64,000 bases of DNA, taken from positions 1 to 64,000 of IMG/VR virus record IMGVR_UViG_3300028384_001500; one strand, given 5' to 3'. Both the position numbers and the translations under genes were made by a program. This document shows positions 53,444 through 62,967 of this stretch, one piece after another. Within the stretch, counting starts at the first letter, position 1. Each line of letters opens with the position of its first letter. Below the pieces are notes generated by a model, which searched no databases, was not told where the DNA came from, and saw nothing but the letters and a program-made list of their open reading frames with translations.

Positions 53444-55054
53444 TTACTCAGAATCGCTTTTAACTTCAATAAGAGAACAATCAGCAGATAAAAGCATAGT
53501 TGCAGCAGACACAGCATTTTCTAATGCACAACGGGATACTTTGGCGGGATCGATTACACCTAACTCAAACATGTCTCCAAAAACCTTGTTGCGAACGTCA
53601 TACCCAACGTTAGAGACACCTTTTGACTCTTTCTGTATGTTTGTTAAGATATTGTGATGGGATAATCCAGCGTTGCTTAGAATTTGTCTAAATGGCTCTT
53701 TGCATGCACTTATAAGCAAGTCTTTTCCAGCTGCAATATTTTTATCAATATCGCCGTGATCTAATTTACTTCCAAAAGATGATGCTGCCTGATACAAAGC
53801 CATCCCACCACCGGGTAGAACACCTTCTTCTAGGGCAGCGCGAGTTGCATGCAAAGCATCATCAACACGATCATAACGCTCAATAAGTTCAGATTCAGTT
53901 GCAGCACCAACTCTAAGGATCGCTATGCCTCCCGATAATTGCTGGAGCCTATACTTTAAAAGCAATTTTTCTTCATTGCTAAGACCCGGATACTTGAGAC
54001 TGTCTTTAATTGCTAGCATTCTTTCTTTTGAATTATCTAGTTTTGCATTTTCATCTTTGATGACAAGTGTTTTTGACTTTTGAATAATTATCTTTTTGCA
54101 AGTACCGAACATTTCCATTTCAAACGAAGTCATGTCAAATCCACCGTCGACAACACGCCCACCTACTATTGATTGTAGATCTAATAATAGATCATGTCTA
54201 GCACCGCCAAATCCAGGCGATTTAATAGCTGCGATTTGCAAAGATCCTTTAACTCTATTTAAAACCATTCCTTGCATTGCATCACCTTCAATTTCATTTG
54301 CAATAACAACAATTGGGCGACCGGTATCTAAGGCTAATTCTAAAGGCTTCATTAACTCTCTAATTGAATTAAACGTTCTATCTGCCATTAACAGTAACGG
54401 ATTTTTAAATTCTGCAACCATTTTATTTTTATCTGTAACAAAATACGGTGATAAAAACCCTCGTTCCATTTGAAATCCGTCGACAACAGTTAAAGAGCTA
54501 TTAAATCCTTTTGCTTCTTCAACTAGAACATGGCCATCAGGCCCAGCAGCTTCAATTGCCTTTACAATTAATTTAGCAATTTCTGTTTCGCCATTTGCTG
54601 ATATTGTTGCAACTTTTAAAAGATCATCAGTACCAGCGACCTCAACTGCACAGCTTTTGATATTGTCTGTTATTTCTTTTTTTATAAGATCAATTCCTAG
54701 CTTAAGCTGGTCAATATCAAATCCCGCAGTTTTATATCTTAAGCCTTCATTATAAATAAACTGAGCTAAAACTGTCGCTGTGGTCGTACCATCACCTGCT
54801 TCTTCAGCTGTTCTACTTGCAGACTCTTTAAGAATTTGCACACCTAGGTTTTCAACTTCATCAACTAGATTAATTGATTGTGCAACTGTTACACCGTCTT
54901 TTGTTACGAGCGGATGTTGCCCGGGTCTATGTATAAGAACTAATTTACCTTTCGGGCCCATAGTTACCTTAACTGTATTAGCTAGTTTATCGATACCTCT
55001 TTTAATTTTTATATCTAAATCTTGACCAGAATAAATCTCTCTTTTAATTTCCAT
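53444..55054 (-). CDS. groL: Chaperonin GroEL
   Basis: TMGPKG, TKDGVTVA, GDGTTTATV, ISANG, KSPGFG, RVDDALHATRAALEEGVLPGGG, GVIDPAKV; no GGM tail. Confidence 0.95.
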   Translation of the reverse strand: MEIKREIYSGQDLDIKIKRGIDKLANTVKVTMGPKGKLVLIHRPGQHPLVTKDGVTVAQSINLVDEVENLGVQILKESASRTAEEAGDGTTTATVLAQFIYNEGLRYKTAGFDIDQLKLGIDLIKKEITDNIKSCAVEVAGTDDLLKVATISANGETEIAKLIVKAIEAAGPDGHVLVEEAKGFNSSLTVVDGFQMERGFLSPYFVTDKNKMVAEFKNPLLLMADRTFNSIRELMKPLELALDTGRPIVVIANEIEGDAMQGMVLNRVKGSLQIAAIKSPGFGGARHDLLLDLQSIVGGRVVDGGFDMTSFEMEMFGTCKKIIIQKSKTLVIKDENAKLDNSKERMLAIKDSLKYPGLSNEEKLLLKYRLQQLSGGIAILRVGAATESELIERYDRVDDALHATRAALEEGVLPGGGMALYQAASSFGSKLDHGDIDKNIAAGKDLLISACKEPFRQILSNAGLSHHNILTNIQKESKGVSNVGYDVRNKVFGDMFELGVIDPAKVSRCALENAVSAATMLLSADCSLIEVKSDSE

Positions 55055-55055
55055 G

Positions 55056-55268
55056 TTACCCCTTTAACAAACCCCCGCTATTTTTCCTAGGGGCAATAGA
55101 TGAATTCATCAGCGATTCAATTAACTGCTGATCTACATTGATAATTCTACGCTGCTGATCAACAACGTTAACAGCTACATAAAGGTCACCTTCTTTTTTT
55201 GCAACTTCATTAACTGAAATAATATTGTTTCCACGCAAGTGGTTTTGAACGTTATCGGGTAAATACAT
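55056..55268 (-). CDS. Small hypothetical protein
   Basis: Start MYLPD at 55268 after GGAGG; ends GGLLKG. Confidence 0.6.
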   Translation of the reverse strand: MYLPDNVQNHLRGNNIISVNEVAKKEGDLYVAVNVVDQQRRIINVDQQLIESLMNSSIAPRKNSGGLLKG

Positions 55269-56065
55269 TATAATCCTCCAAAAGTTTGTACGTATTTGTT
55301 CCAAGTTTTTTCTTTAAGCATAGACTGAAAATCCATGTCATCAAATATATCATAAAGCTCTTCAAAGTCTGCAGCACCTTCATACTTTTCCATCTCATCC
55401 ATGTTATCAGAGAAGTCGACAAGGCGGATTAGATGAACGTTTCTTTCAAATATCTGTTGCCTAATAGGGTCTTTCTTAAAGTACTCTGAAAGTAATTCTG
55501 GGTCCCTTACAAGTTTATCTGCAGTTTTATCACCACACCCAGGAATTCCTGCGATATTGTCAGTTGCATCCCCTCTAAGCGCTTTCCATGTCACGTAGTC
55601 ATAGTCAGGTGTTTCGATCATTTTTTTCTTGACAGGATTGTAAATACTGCAATTATTGAAAACATTTAGTAATTGATAGAAGTCAGAGTCTGACGAAATA
55701 ATTGTGCATTCATCTCCTTGATCGCAATGAACTTTTACTAGTGTTGCAATAGTATCATCACACTCAAGCTTAGGGTGTCTTACAGTCGTAATAGGAAAAC
55801 ACTCTTTAACTATTGATATTATTTGTGCTTTTTGTTCATGAAAATGTCTATCATTGTTAGTTCGATTTGCCTTGTAAGCGTCGTTTAATACTTTTCTAAA
55901 TTCAGGATTTCCTTCCAAGACAAAATATACTTTATCTGGTGAAAATTTTTCAATAAGCGGCCTAAGGCTTCTAAAAAAATTATAAACAACTGGGAAATCA
56001 CCTTTTAGGTAACCACTCCGTGCTCTGTATATTAAGTTATATGCGTCTAATAAAAGTACTTTCAC
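55268..56065 (-). CDS. 5'-3' exonuclease (PIN/FEN, T4 RNase H-like)
   Basis: LLDAYNLIYR, YKANR, ECDDTIA, SSDSDFYQL, GDATDNIAGIPGCGDKTA. Confidence 0.92.
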   Translation of the reverse strand: MKVLLLDAYNLIYRARSGYLKGDFPVVYNFFRSLRPLIEKFSPDKVYFVLEGNPEFRKVLNDAYKANRTNNDRHFHEQKAQIISIVKECFPITTVRHPKLECDDTIATLVKVHCDQGDECTIISSDSDFYQLLNVFNNCSIYNPVKKKMIETPDYDYVTWKALRGDATDNIAGIPGCGDKTADKLVRDPELLSEYFKKDPIRQQIFERNVHLIRLVDFSDNMDEMEKYEGAADFEELYDIFDDMDFQSMLKEKTWNKYVQTFGGL

Positions 56066-56526
56066 TGTGCTGCTCCTGCTTTATTAAGGTCGCCTACGGA
56101 CATTTTTCCAAATTTACCATTCCCTAGATCTACTTTTATTATATCATTTTCCTTTTCTTGTTGCATTTTTTCTTCAATTATATCTGGAGCAATAATGTCA
56201 GGTTCTTTAATGACTTCTAATTGAGGCTGCTTAGTATGCCCAAAAAGGCTGCTGGCGACCGCTTCTGCTTCTTCAATCATTTGTGTAATTGCATCGTTTG
56301 CATTTTTCATCATAAACGCTTTTGCGTCTTTATTTGTTGCAAATAAATGGCCGGTTAACTTTTTAATATCGACTGTTGTTTGCTTCTTATCAGGTAGTTT
56401 TGCAATGTATGTTTTGTCTTTACCTTGAAGCGTTGTGCGAATTACTTCTTCAATTATTTGAATAGGAATAACTTTGCTGCTGTCTGCTATAAAAAATAAA
56501 ATTTGCCCAACTTGATATTCTTGCAT
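56062..56526 (-). CDS. Hypothetical protein
   Basis: AAGGAGG RBS. Confidence 0.7.
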   Translation of the reverse strand: MQEYQVGQILFFIADSSKVIPIQIIEEVIRTTLQGKDKTYIAKLPDKKQTTVDIKKLTGHLFATNKDAKAFMMKNANDAITQMIEEAEAVASSLFGHTKQPQLEVIKEPDIIAPDIIEEKMQQEKENDIIKVDLGNGKFGKMSVGDLNKAGAAQ

Positions 56527-56600
56527 ATATCCTCCTTACTGTATGGATATAATATACCAAATTAGACAAATTTATAATTAATTGTGGATTGTGCTGCTAA

Positions 56601-57104
56601 TTAGCGTCTAAATCCGAATCCCGGGATATAGCTACCCTGGTGTGTATAGCCGTTACGGCTTCTTCTAGGTTTGTTTCTTCCGTAAACCCAGCCGCTTGAA
56701 TAATTCATTTCGTCAAAAACGTTTTGAACTTCTTCGTCAATAACTTGGCGCAATTGTGCTTCAAACATTCTTTGTTTTCTTTGCCGTTTTCTAGACTCTG
56801 ACAATTGCTTGCGTCGCTTATTTTCTTGCATAATTCTTTTAGCACGACGAAGTTCTTGGACTAGCATTGTTTCATCCACTTCAATCATAGCTTCATCAGT
56901 ATCTTCTTCATACATTTCGTCCATGGGATCCATTCCTTCTTCATACATTTCGTCCATAGGATCCATTCCTTCTTCGTAAGAACCTTCATAAGCATGCATA
57001 CCTTCGTCTTTTTCTAAGTCAGCATTCTCATTTAAAGATCTTCTAGATGATGCTCCACCTGGTAAACCAGCAAGCTTGCTAAGTCTGTCAAAATTAATTC
57101 GCAT
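56601..57104 (-). CDS. Probable prohead core/scaffold-like protein
   Basis: RLSKLAGL..SLNE, acidic repeats, coiled coil, MFEAQLRQVIDEEV. Confidence 0.55.
   Translation of the reverse strand: MRINFDRLSKLAGLPGGASSRRSLNENADLEKDEGMHAYEGSYEEGMDPMDEMYEEGMDPMDEMYEEDTDEAMIEVDETMLVQELRRAKRIMQENKRRKQLSESRKRQRKQRMFEAQLRQVIDEEVQNVFDEMNYSSGWVYGRNKPRRSRNGYTHQGSYIPGFGFRR
56905..56975. repeat. 33-bp in-frame tandem repeat x2 (EEGMDPMDEMY)
   Basis: Two copies differing at one synonymous base. Confidence 0.85.
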
Positions 57105-57163
57105 AATAATACCCTCCACAATATTGTAGTATCTGTTATAAGTATTAAGTAAATATTTAATTG

Positions 57164-57517
57164 TTATTTACTTTGTAAATTTTTTCTAATGTTTTCAGTA
57201 ATTTTTTTGCCTTTAGTCACAGCCTGTCTTAAAGGTTCTAACCCAAGCACTTTACGTACTTTGTCATAAGTCTCTTCGTCAAGTCCTTCTTTTAATATAA
57301 GCATATCTGCATATTGATGCAAATCCATTTCCATAATAGGTACAGGATCACCTTCGTCGTTTGGCTCGTATTCACCTGTTTCGCGACTTTCAAAAATAAA
57401 AACTATTTTTGGCATAACCTCTTTTTGAGGTACCATAATAAAAGGAATGTTTGACGTCATTCCGTCATCACTTTCTTCATACATGATTTCTGGGATCCAG
57501 TTGTTGCTATTTTGCAT
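57164..57517 (-). CDS. Hypothetical protein
   Basis: AGGAG RBS. Confidence 0.7.
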   Translation of the reverse strand: MQNSNNWIPEIMYEESDDGMTSNIPFIMVPQKEVMPKIVFIFESRETGEYEPNDEGDPVPIMEMDLHQYADMLILKEGLDEETYDKVRKVLGLEPLRQAVTKGKKITENIRKNLQSK

Positions 57518-57575
57518 AGTGTTCTCCTAAATAATAGCAATCGTATCTTGAATTGATCAAGTTGTAAATTACAGT

Positions 57576-58430
57576 TTAAATAGAAACAATATTTTCAGCT
57601 TTTAGCTTCTCAAATATTTTTAAATATATTTTTTTAACAGACTCTACACCTTCGCCTTCCGGGTCAGAGCGCCACAATTGAATTGCTGATGTTAACATGT
57701 TTTTAATTATAGTTTCGTCCCAGCCAGGTATATCTTTTCCTTTTTCAGCTGCCCTATACAAACTATTAAAGTTGTTAATTCTATCATAATTAAACGCTTC
57801 AATCACACTGTTCACGTATCTTTGATTTGAAACTGCAGCATCTTCTAAATTACCCAAAAGAAATTGTGCTAGTCTGATTTCATTTTTACTAAGTGAACCA
57901 TAGCCGGATGATGCTGACATGTAACTTCCTGCTGCTCGAGGCCTGGTCAAGGAAATTCCATTATCTCTCAACGATCGGTTAATCTCACGCACATATTTTG
58001 TATATTCTCGATCAAATTTTTGATCGTTTTCTTTGTTTTCTCTATCATCAATCGGTTCAGCTCTTTGCAAACCTTTTCTATAATCCCTATATAGATTATT
58101 AAAAAGTCTATTTAGTTCTTGCATTGCATTGCAAAATGTTTCGATCCCAAATTGAGGTGCCACTAACATGTTCATAAAAGGTAGCGCTGCATCTGTAAAT
58201 GCTGATATAAACACAGGATTCATCCAGTCAGGTTTGCTGTCATCATTACCGCCACCATACGCCGGTATTTTCCCACCGGACTTAACAATTTCTATAATTT
58301 GCAAAAATTCATCATCAAAATTAAAATTGCAACGCGCGATTTTAACTTCGTAATTGCCTCTATTTTTATATCTTTCTTGCAAAAGATAATTTTCAATGAT
58401 TAAATTTAACTCTTTTTTTGTAACTTTCAT
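57576..58430 (-). CDS. Leader-bearing protein
   Basis: MKVTKKELNLIIENYLLQE. Confidence 0.72.
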   Translation of the reverse strand: MKVTKKELNLIIENYLLQERYKNRGNYEVKIARCNFNFDDEFLQIIEIVKSGGKIPAYGGGNDDSKPDWMNPVFISAFTDAALPFMNMLVAPQFGIETFCNAMQELNRLFNNLYRDYRKGLQRAEPIDDRENKENDQKFDREYTKYVREINRSLRDNGISLTRPRAAGSYMSASSGYGSLSKNEIRLAQFLLGNLEDAAVSNQRYVNSVIEAFNYDRINNFNSLYRAAEKGKDIPGWDETIIKNMLTSAIQLWRSDPEGEGVESVKKIYLKIFEKLKAENIVSI

Positions 58431-59128
58431 TATATTCTCTTCATCAACCTTTGGACTTTTCTTCTTATCTCTTGCAGGTTTTGTTGCTCATTAACTTTAA
58501 TTGGAGGGCTGCTATCTTCAGCTGAACCTTTTGGCTTAGACTGAGGCAAGTTAGATTCTTCCTCTTCTTCAGGCAGTTCTTCGTCCTCTTCATTCTCAGC
58601 TCCTTTCATAATAATATCAGCGTACAAAGGTGCATCACTAGGGTCAAGAGCATTTTCGCCTTCCAAGGCTCCTTGGAGTATGCTGGACAATTCTCTTAAA
58701 AATAAGTGCAAAATTTTTCTTTCATCTTCATCTAGGCGATCATAATATGTTAATAATTCATCTTTAATCTCTTTGTCTTTTGTAGATCTTCCAGCTCTAA
58801 GATTGTTAATGTCTTTAAGTACACTATCAAAAGACACTCCAAATTGTTCTGCATCAACTTCTTCTTCTACTTCGTCGTCAACAGGCGCTTCTTCGGTATC
58901 ACTAGTTGTTTCTTCGGTATCTACTTCGCCATCATCAGCAGGTTCAGCTTCTTCTTGCTCAGAAAGGCTTACGCCATAAAAGCTTTCGCTGGCTTTTAAG
59001 TTTGACGCATATGCGCTATGAGCAGGATCTGCAGATTCAAATAAACTTTTTTTTGTTTTTATAACTGCTTCTTCTGAAATAATCTTTAATAAGCTCATAA
59101 GCTCTTTTTCTGAATTTACTTTAATCAT
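58430..59128 (-). CDS. Leader-bearing acidic protein
   Basis: MIKVNSEKELMSLLKIISEE; LFE, LSE and VNE segments. Confidence 0.7.
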   Translation of the reverse strand: MIKVNSEKELMSLLKIISEEAVIKTKKSLFESADPAHSAYASNLKASESFYGVSLSEQEEAEPADDGEVDTEETTSDTEEAPVDDEVEEEVDAEQFGVSFDSVLKDINNLRAGRSTKDKEIKDELLTYYDRLDEDERKILHLFLRELSSILQGALEGENALDPSDAPLYADIIMKGAENEEDEELPEEEEESNLPQSKPKGSAEDSSPPIKVNEQQNLQEIRRKVQRLMKRI

Positions 59129-59475
59129 TATGCACCTCTTTGTTTTATAACTATCTTACAAGATATTAAGTTTTCTTCTGGGTTTTGACTGAATTCCTTA
59201 ATTTCTAATACACCTTCACCTTTTAAAAAATAATTATTATCAACAACGATTGCGTGTTTTATATTTAAATTGTTAGCATTAAATAACATACTGATATTAC
59301 TGCTTATTTCAATAACAAAAGTATGTAAATTATTTTCTTTTTTATAACTTCTGACAAAATATTCTTCTTTGTTAGTCTTGTATTCTAAAAGCAAAAATAT
59401 ATCTTTTCCAGAACTCTCTATTAAGTCTTCTTCTGATATTACACTTTTTAAATTGTCGCTTACAAAAAATGACAT
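59128..59475 (-). CDS. Hypothetical protein
   Basis: Coupled ORF. Confidence 0.6.
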   Translation of the reverse strand: MSFFVSDNLKSVISEEDLIESSGKDIFLLLEYKTNKEEYFVRSYKKENNLHTFVIEISSNISMLFNANNLNIKHAIVVDNNYFLKGEGVLEIKEFSQNPEENLISCKIVIKQRGA

Positions 59476-59855
59476 TAATATCTACCTAATCGAATTACTT
59501 GTATATCTTCAATAATTTCATCAATTTTTTTAGACATTTTTATATCTACGTCAGAAACATCATTCATGTTCATTGTAAATAACTTAATGCTTACTTCTGT
59601 GTTAAAAATATTAATATTAGGGTGGTGATTTAGCTTATTTGCCAAAAATAGCACTTCGTCTAAAAAATAACTTAATAATTTAATATCGTCAAACTTATAC
59701 GATCTAAATAAAAAATTTTTTTCATTATCAGACTTAATTTCCCATCCTGGATCGCTTACGTTAACCGGCATTTCGTCAACAAAATTTTGATTAATTTGCT
59801 CGAATATTTGCCCTTTGTACCTATTATTGATTGCATTCATTAACAACCTGTTCAT
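59475..59855 (-). CDS. phhB: Pterin-4-alpha-carbinolamine dehydratase-like protein
   Basis: GWEI..LFRSYKF..ANKLNHHP..EVSIKLFT..VSDVDI. Confidence 0.75.
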   Translation of the reverse strand: MNRLLMNAINNRYKGQIFEQINQNFVDEMPVNVSDPGWEIKSDNEKNFLFRSYKFDDIKLLSYFLDEVLFLANKLNHHPNINIFNTEVSIKLFTMNMNDVSDVDIKMSKKIDEIIEDIQVIRLGRY

Positions 59856-62527
59856 TAAATACCTACCTGTCTCATTCTTCTACTGTCAGCAGCAAATTGC
59901 ATAAAGTCTTTATATCCCTTCATAAACATTTTTGCCATCTCTTTTTCATTTTCAATAATTTTGTCAACCTCATCAACAAAGTACTCGCTTAAATCAGCAC
60001 CCTCCATTGTTTCATCCATTTGTGATTCTAAGTCAAGCCATATATTGCGCGCTTCAATTGCAATCTCTGCATAAGCTTCTGGTGTAATGTCAGCTTTTAT
60101 TAGTGCTTTAGCAGCTTTGTTTTTATTATTAAAGTCAGGATCACCTTTAAGCCCAGTAAAGTACTCAACAACGCTATTTAATTCTTTTTCTGAAAGGTCA
60201 GATTTAACTTCTGGATTATTCTTCTTTCTTATTTGATTAATTATACCTTTGATCTCTTCTGACCACTGAAGTGAAAATTCAGCAACTAATTTATCTAACG
60301 GGTAGCTCCCAACATTTCTAATAATAGCGCCTCCTGTTGTTTGCAAAAACTCTGTTTCTTCAGCAAGTACTTGATAATCAATATCATATTCATCCATAAA
60401 TTGTACAATCGCTTCAATCTCAGGCAGAATCTCATTTTTAATACGGTGTAAAAGTTTTGCCTCATCAACTTGCTTAAGCTTGTTCTTTTTATCATCGTAG
60501 TTTCTTGTTTTTAATCTTCCTTTTTGCGCTTTCTTTTCTAAGTCAGGTACAACAACGTTTTTAATTGCTATAGCTAGCTGCTTAATTATTAGCTCCATAT
60601 TTTGATTAAAGAGATCGTTAATCGATCCTCGCATAACCTCACCGGTGTCAGGATCTTCATATTTGTAAGTAAATAAATCTACTTTTGGCTGTATCTTTTT
60701 CAAGTACCACTGTCTTATACCTGCTTCGCCAGAAAATCCAAAGTAAGGAAACAAATCACGCCAGTCAAAAGGTTGACCTTCAGCAATTAGTTTTGCGTAC
60801 CTTTCAAGCTTTTTGACGTATTTTTCTTCTTCTGTCATGTTTTTGCTAGGCACTTCCTCTACTTTAGTACTATCTTGGCTTTCTTCAGGTGGGCTAGTTT
60901 TTTGTTGTTCTCTTGCTAAATCAAAGGCTCCTGCTACGTGACCGTCAGAAAAACCTTTTGCTTCTTCTGCAGTTACTAGAACGGTTGTGTCCGCATCTCT
61001 AAATTCAAATTCATCGGCAGATTTTTTAAATTTAGACTCGACAAATTCAAAAAACATTGCTTTGAAATCTTCTTCAGCGTCGACATTAACGTTACCAATG
61101 AAGTGTGTTTGGTTTAAAAACTTTTTGTCTTCGTCTTCAGACATAGGAATGGTTTTTACCCAGCTAGAAAATGCCTTCGTTAAAACATTATCTATAATAG
61201 CTTCTGCACTGTCAAATCTTGTGGAAACACCGTAGTTTGCATAGTCAGCAGCAATTGCTTCAGAAACTTTTTGAATAAATATATTTAGCGGATCGCCGAC
61301 TTGATTTGCAAAGCCGGTTAACATCCTTCCAATATGTTTTTTCGTTGCAGCGAGTTTGTTTAAAATTCCAAATATTCTCTGATACACAATCATTAAAAGA
61401 TCTTGAATCTTTTGGTCTCGTTTTACCGGATCTTTAATGTTGTTGACAGCAGCAAACATGGATTTAACTTTAATTGGATTTAAAACAGTGTTTGGTGTAA
61501 TTCCAAACTCGTGTGTAAGTGGTTTAAGTAGTGCACCAAATTCTTTTTTAAGATCCGGATTCATTAACTCGTTTGTAAATTCAGCGTCAATTTGCTTAAA
61601 GAAAAGCTGCAATTCATCATGCGAATCATAAACGGCCTTTTCAAAAGGAGACAAGTCTTCGTAATTTTTTCCCATTGTTTCTTCGATTCCGGTTCTAGTC
61701 AAATATTGTTGATAAGATCGGTACCTTGGCATGCCTTCGCCTCTCATTGCAGGGTCTTCATCAACTCCGGCTTCTTTTGGGAAAAGTGGTCTAAGGCTTT
61801 CGCGATCAATTTCCTGAACGCCTGTTGATACATCTGTACCGGCTGTGTATCCTGCAACAAAATCAGCTGATTGTGATTCGACATATTTATCATGTTCTTC
61901 TAATTCATCCTCTGATTTTCCTTCGACTTCAAAATCTGCAGCAAAATCATAGCCTCGCATATATTCATCTTTATTCGACGCAGATTCGTAACCTGGCAAG
62001 TCTTCTGGACCTAGGTCAGAAGGTAGTGCCTCAATTGTTTTTTCTGTGCCTCTTTTCTTTTTTCTAACGCGAATTCCTGATTGATTAGAAATAGATTCTG
62101 CTATAAGATCAAAATCAGATATTTTTGTTTTCTTAGAGATGCTAAATCCTTCAAAGAGTGTATTAGTGTCTTCCTCTCTATCGATTGCTTCATCTAAGAT
62201 TACGTGAAGTTTTCTGTAAAAAAATTCTACTTGTGATATAGGCACTTCTTTACATATGACAGATGCTGCAGCGCATAATTCATTGATTGTACCGGGCACA
62301 TATTCTTCATCCTCGACAGGAGGTGTTTCAATAGACAACTGGGTTGCCATATGTGATGATGGTTTAATTGGATTATCTTCCTCGTAAAAACCAAAGGGGT
62401 CAGAGTTTGGAGACTGGACGTTAAAAGGGTGAATCATTCTACCACCTGTCCCATCATTACCTCTATTTTCATTTAGGCGCTTTTTTAATATATTAAAAAG
62501 AACACTTTTTTTAACAGCAACTTTCAT
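59855..62527 (-). CDS. Large leader-bearing protein, 890 aa
   Basis: MKVAVKKSVLFNILKKRLNE; acidic and helical. Confidence 0.75.
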   Translation of the reverse strand: MKVAVKKSVLFNILKKRLNENRGNDGTGGRMIHPFNVQSPNSDPFGFYEEDNPIKPSSHMATQLSIETPPVEDEEYVPGTINELCAAASVICKEVPISQVEFFYRKLHVILDEAIDREEDTNTLFEGFSISKKTKISDFDLIAESISNQSGIRVRKKKRGTEKTIEALPSDLGPEDLPGYESASNKDEYMRGYDFAADFEVEGKSEDELEEHDKYVESQSADFVAGYTAGTDVSTGVQEIDRESLRPLFPKEAGVDEDPAMRGEGMPRYRSYQQYLTRTGIEETMGKNYEDLSPFEKAVYDSHDELQLFFKQIDAEFTNELMNPDLKKEFGALLKPLTHEFGITPNTVLNPIKVKSMFAAVNNIKDPVKRDQKIQDLLMIVYQRIFGILNKLAATKKHIGRMLTGFANQVGDPLNIFIQKVSEAIAADYANYGVSTRFDSAEAIIDNVLTKAFSSWVKTIPMSEDEDKKFLNQTHFIGNVNVDAEEDFKAMFFEFVESKFKKSADEFEFRDADTTVLVTAEEAKGFSDGHVAGAFDLAREQQKTSPPEESQDSTKVEEVPSKNMTEEEKYVKKLERYAKLIAEGQPFDWRDLFPYFGFSGEAGIRQWYLKKIQPKVDLFTYKYEDPDTGEVMRGSINDLFNQNMELIIKQLAIAIKNVVVPDLEKKAQKGRLKTRNYDDKKNKLKQVDEAKLLHRIKNEILPEIEAIVQFMDEYDIDYQVLAEETEFLQTTGGAIIRNVGSYPLDKLVAEFSLQWSEEIKGIINQIRKKNNPEVKSDLSEKELNSVVEYFTGLKGDPDFNNKNKAAKALIKADITPEAYAEIAIEARNIWLDLESQMDETMEGADLSEYFVDEVDKIIENEKEMAKMFMKGYKDFMQFAADSRRMRQVGI

Positions 62528-62571
62528 GTAAACCTCACTTAAAACTATCTTTATTAATTATCAAAGAAAAA

Positions 62572-62967
62572 TTAATTTTGATTTACAGAATATGTAATTC
62601 CTATTGTAACGGCACTGCCAAGTGCAAAACCGCCTATAAAGGCAGCACGCTGGATCCAATCTTTTCTTGCCTGAATTTTTAACTCTTCGTCTCTATTTTC
62701 TAACATTTTTTTATACATGTCTTCATTTGCTTGACATGTTATTGCATAAAGATCATATTTTAAATTTAATTCATCAGCAAGTTTTTGAACTTGATATTCT
62801 CTTTCTAGATCAGCATTAAGTAACTCGCTTTCATGTGTAGCAATAATTCCTGCCAGTGCATCATGTGTAATTAGTTTTCCGGAAAAAGGTGCTGACTCAC
62901 CTTTTTCTAATGTAATAAAATCAACACTTGCTGCCCAAAGTGTCCCAATCAAAGCATATAAAAACAT
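62572..62967 (-). CDS. Exported coiled-coil protein with C-terminal TM (possible spanin partner)
   Basis: Signal peptide, GESAPFSGKL, C-terminal hydrophobic helix. Confidence 0.55.
   Translation of the reverse strand: MFLYALIGTLWAASVDFITLEKGESAPFSGKLITHDALAGIIATHESELLNADLEREYQVQKLADELNLKYDLYAITCQANEDMYKKMLENRDEELKIQARKDWIQRAAFIGGFALGSAVTIGITYSVNQN

Noticed and set aside
53121-55025. Plus-strand ORFs antisense to GroEL
   Set aside because: These are the well-known open antisense frames of conserved chaperonin genes.
55056-55268. GroES
   Set aside because: It is adjacent to GroEL but lacks the PL.DRV and mobile-loop GGI(I/V)L signatures, and is too short.
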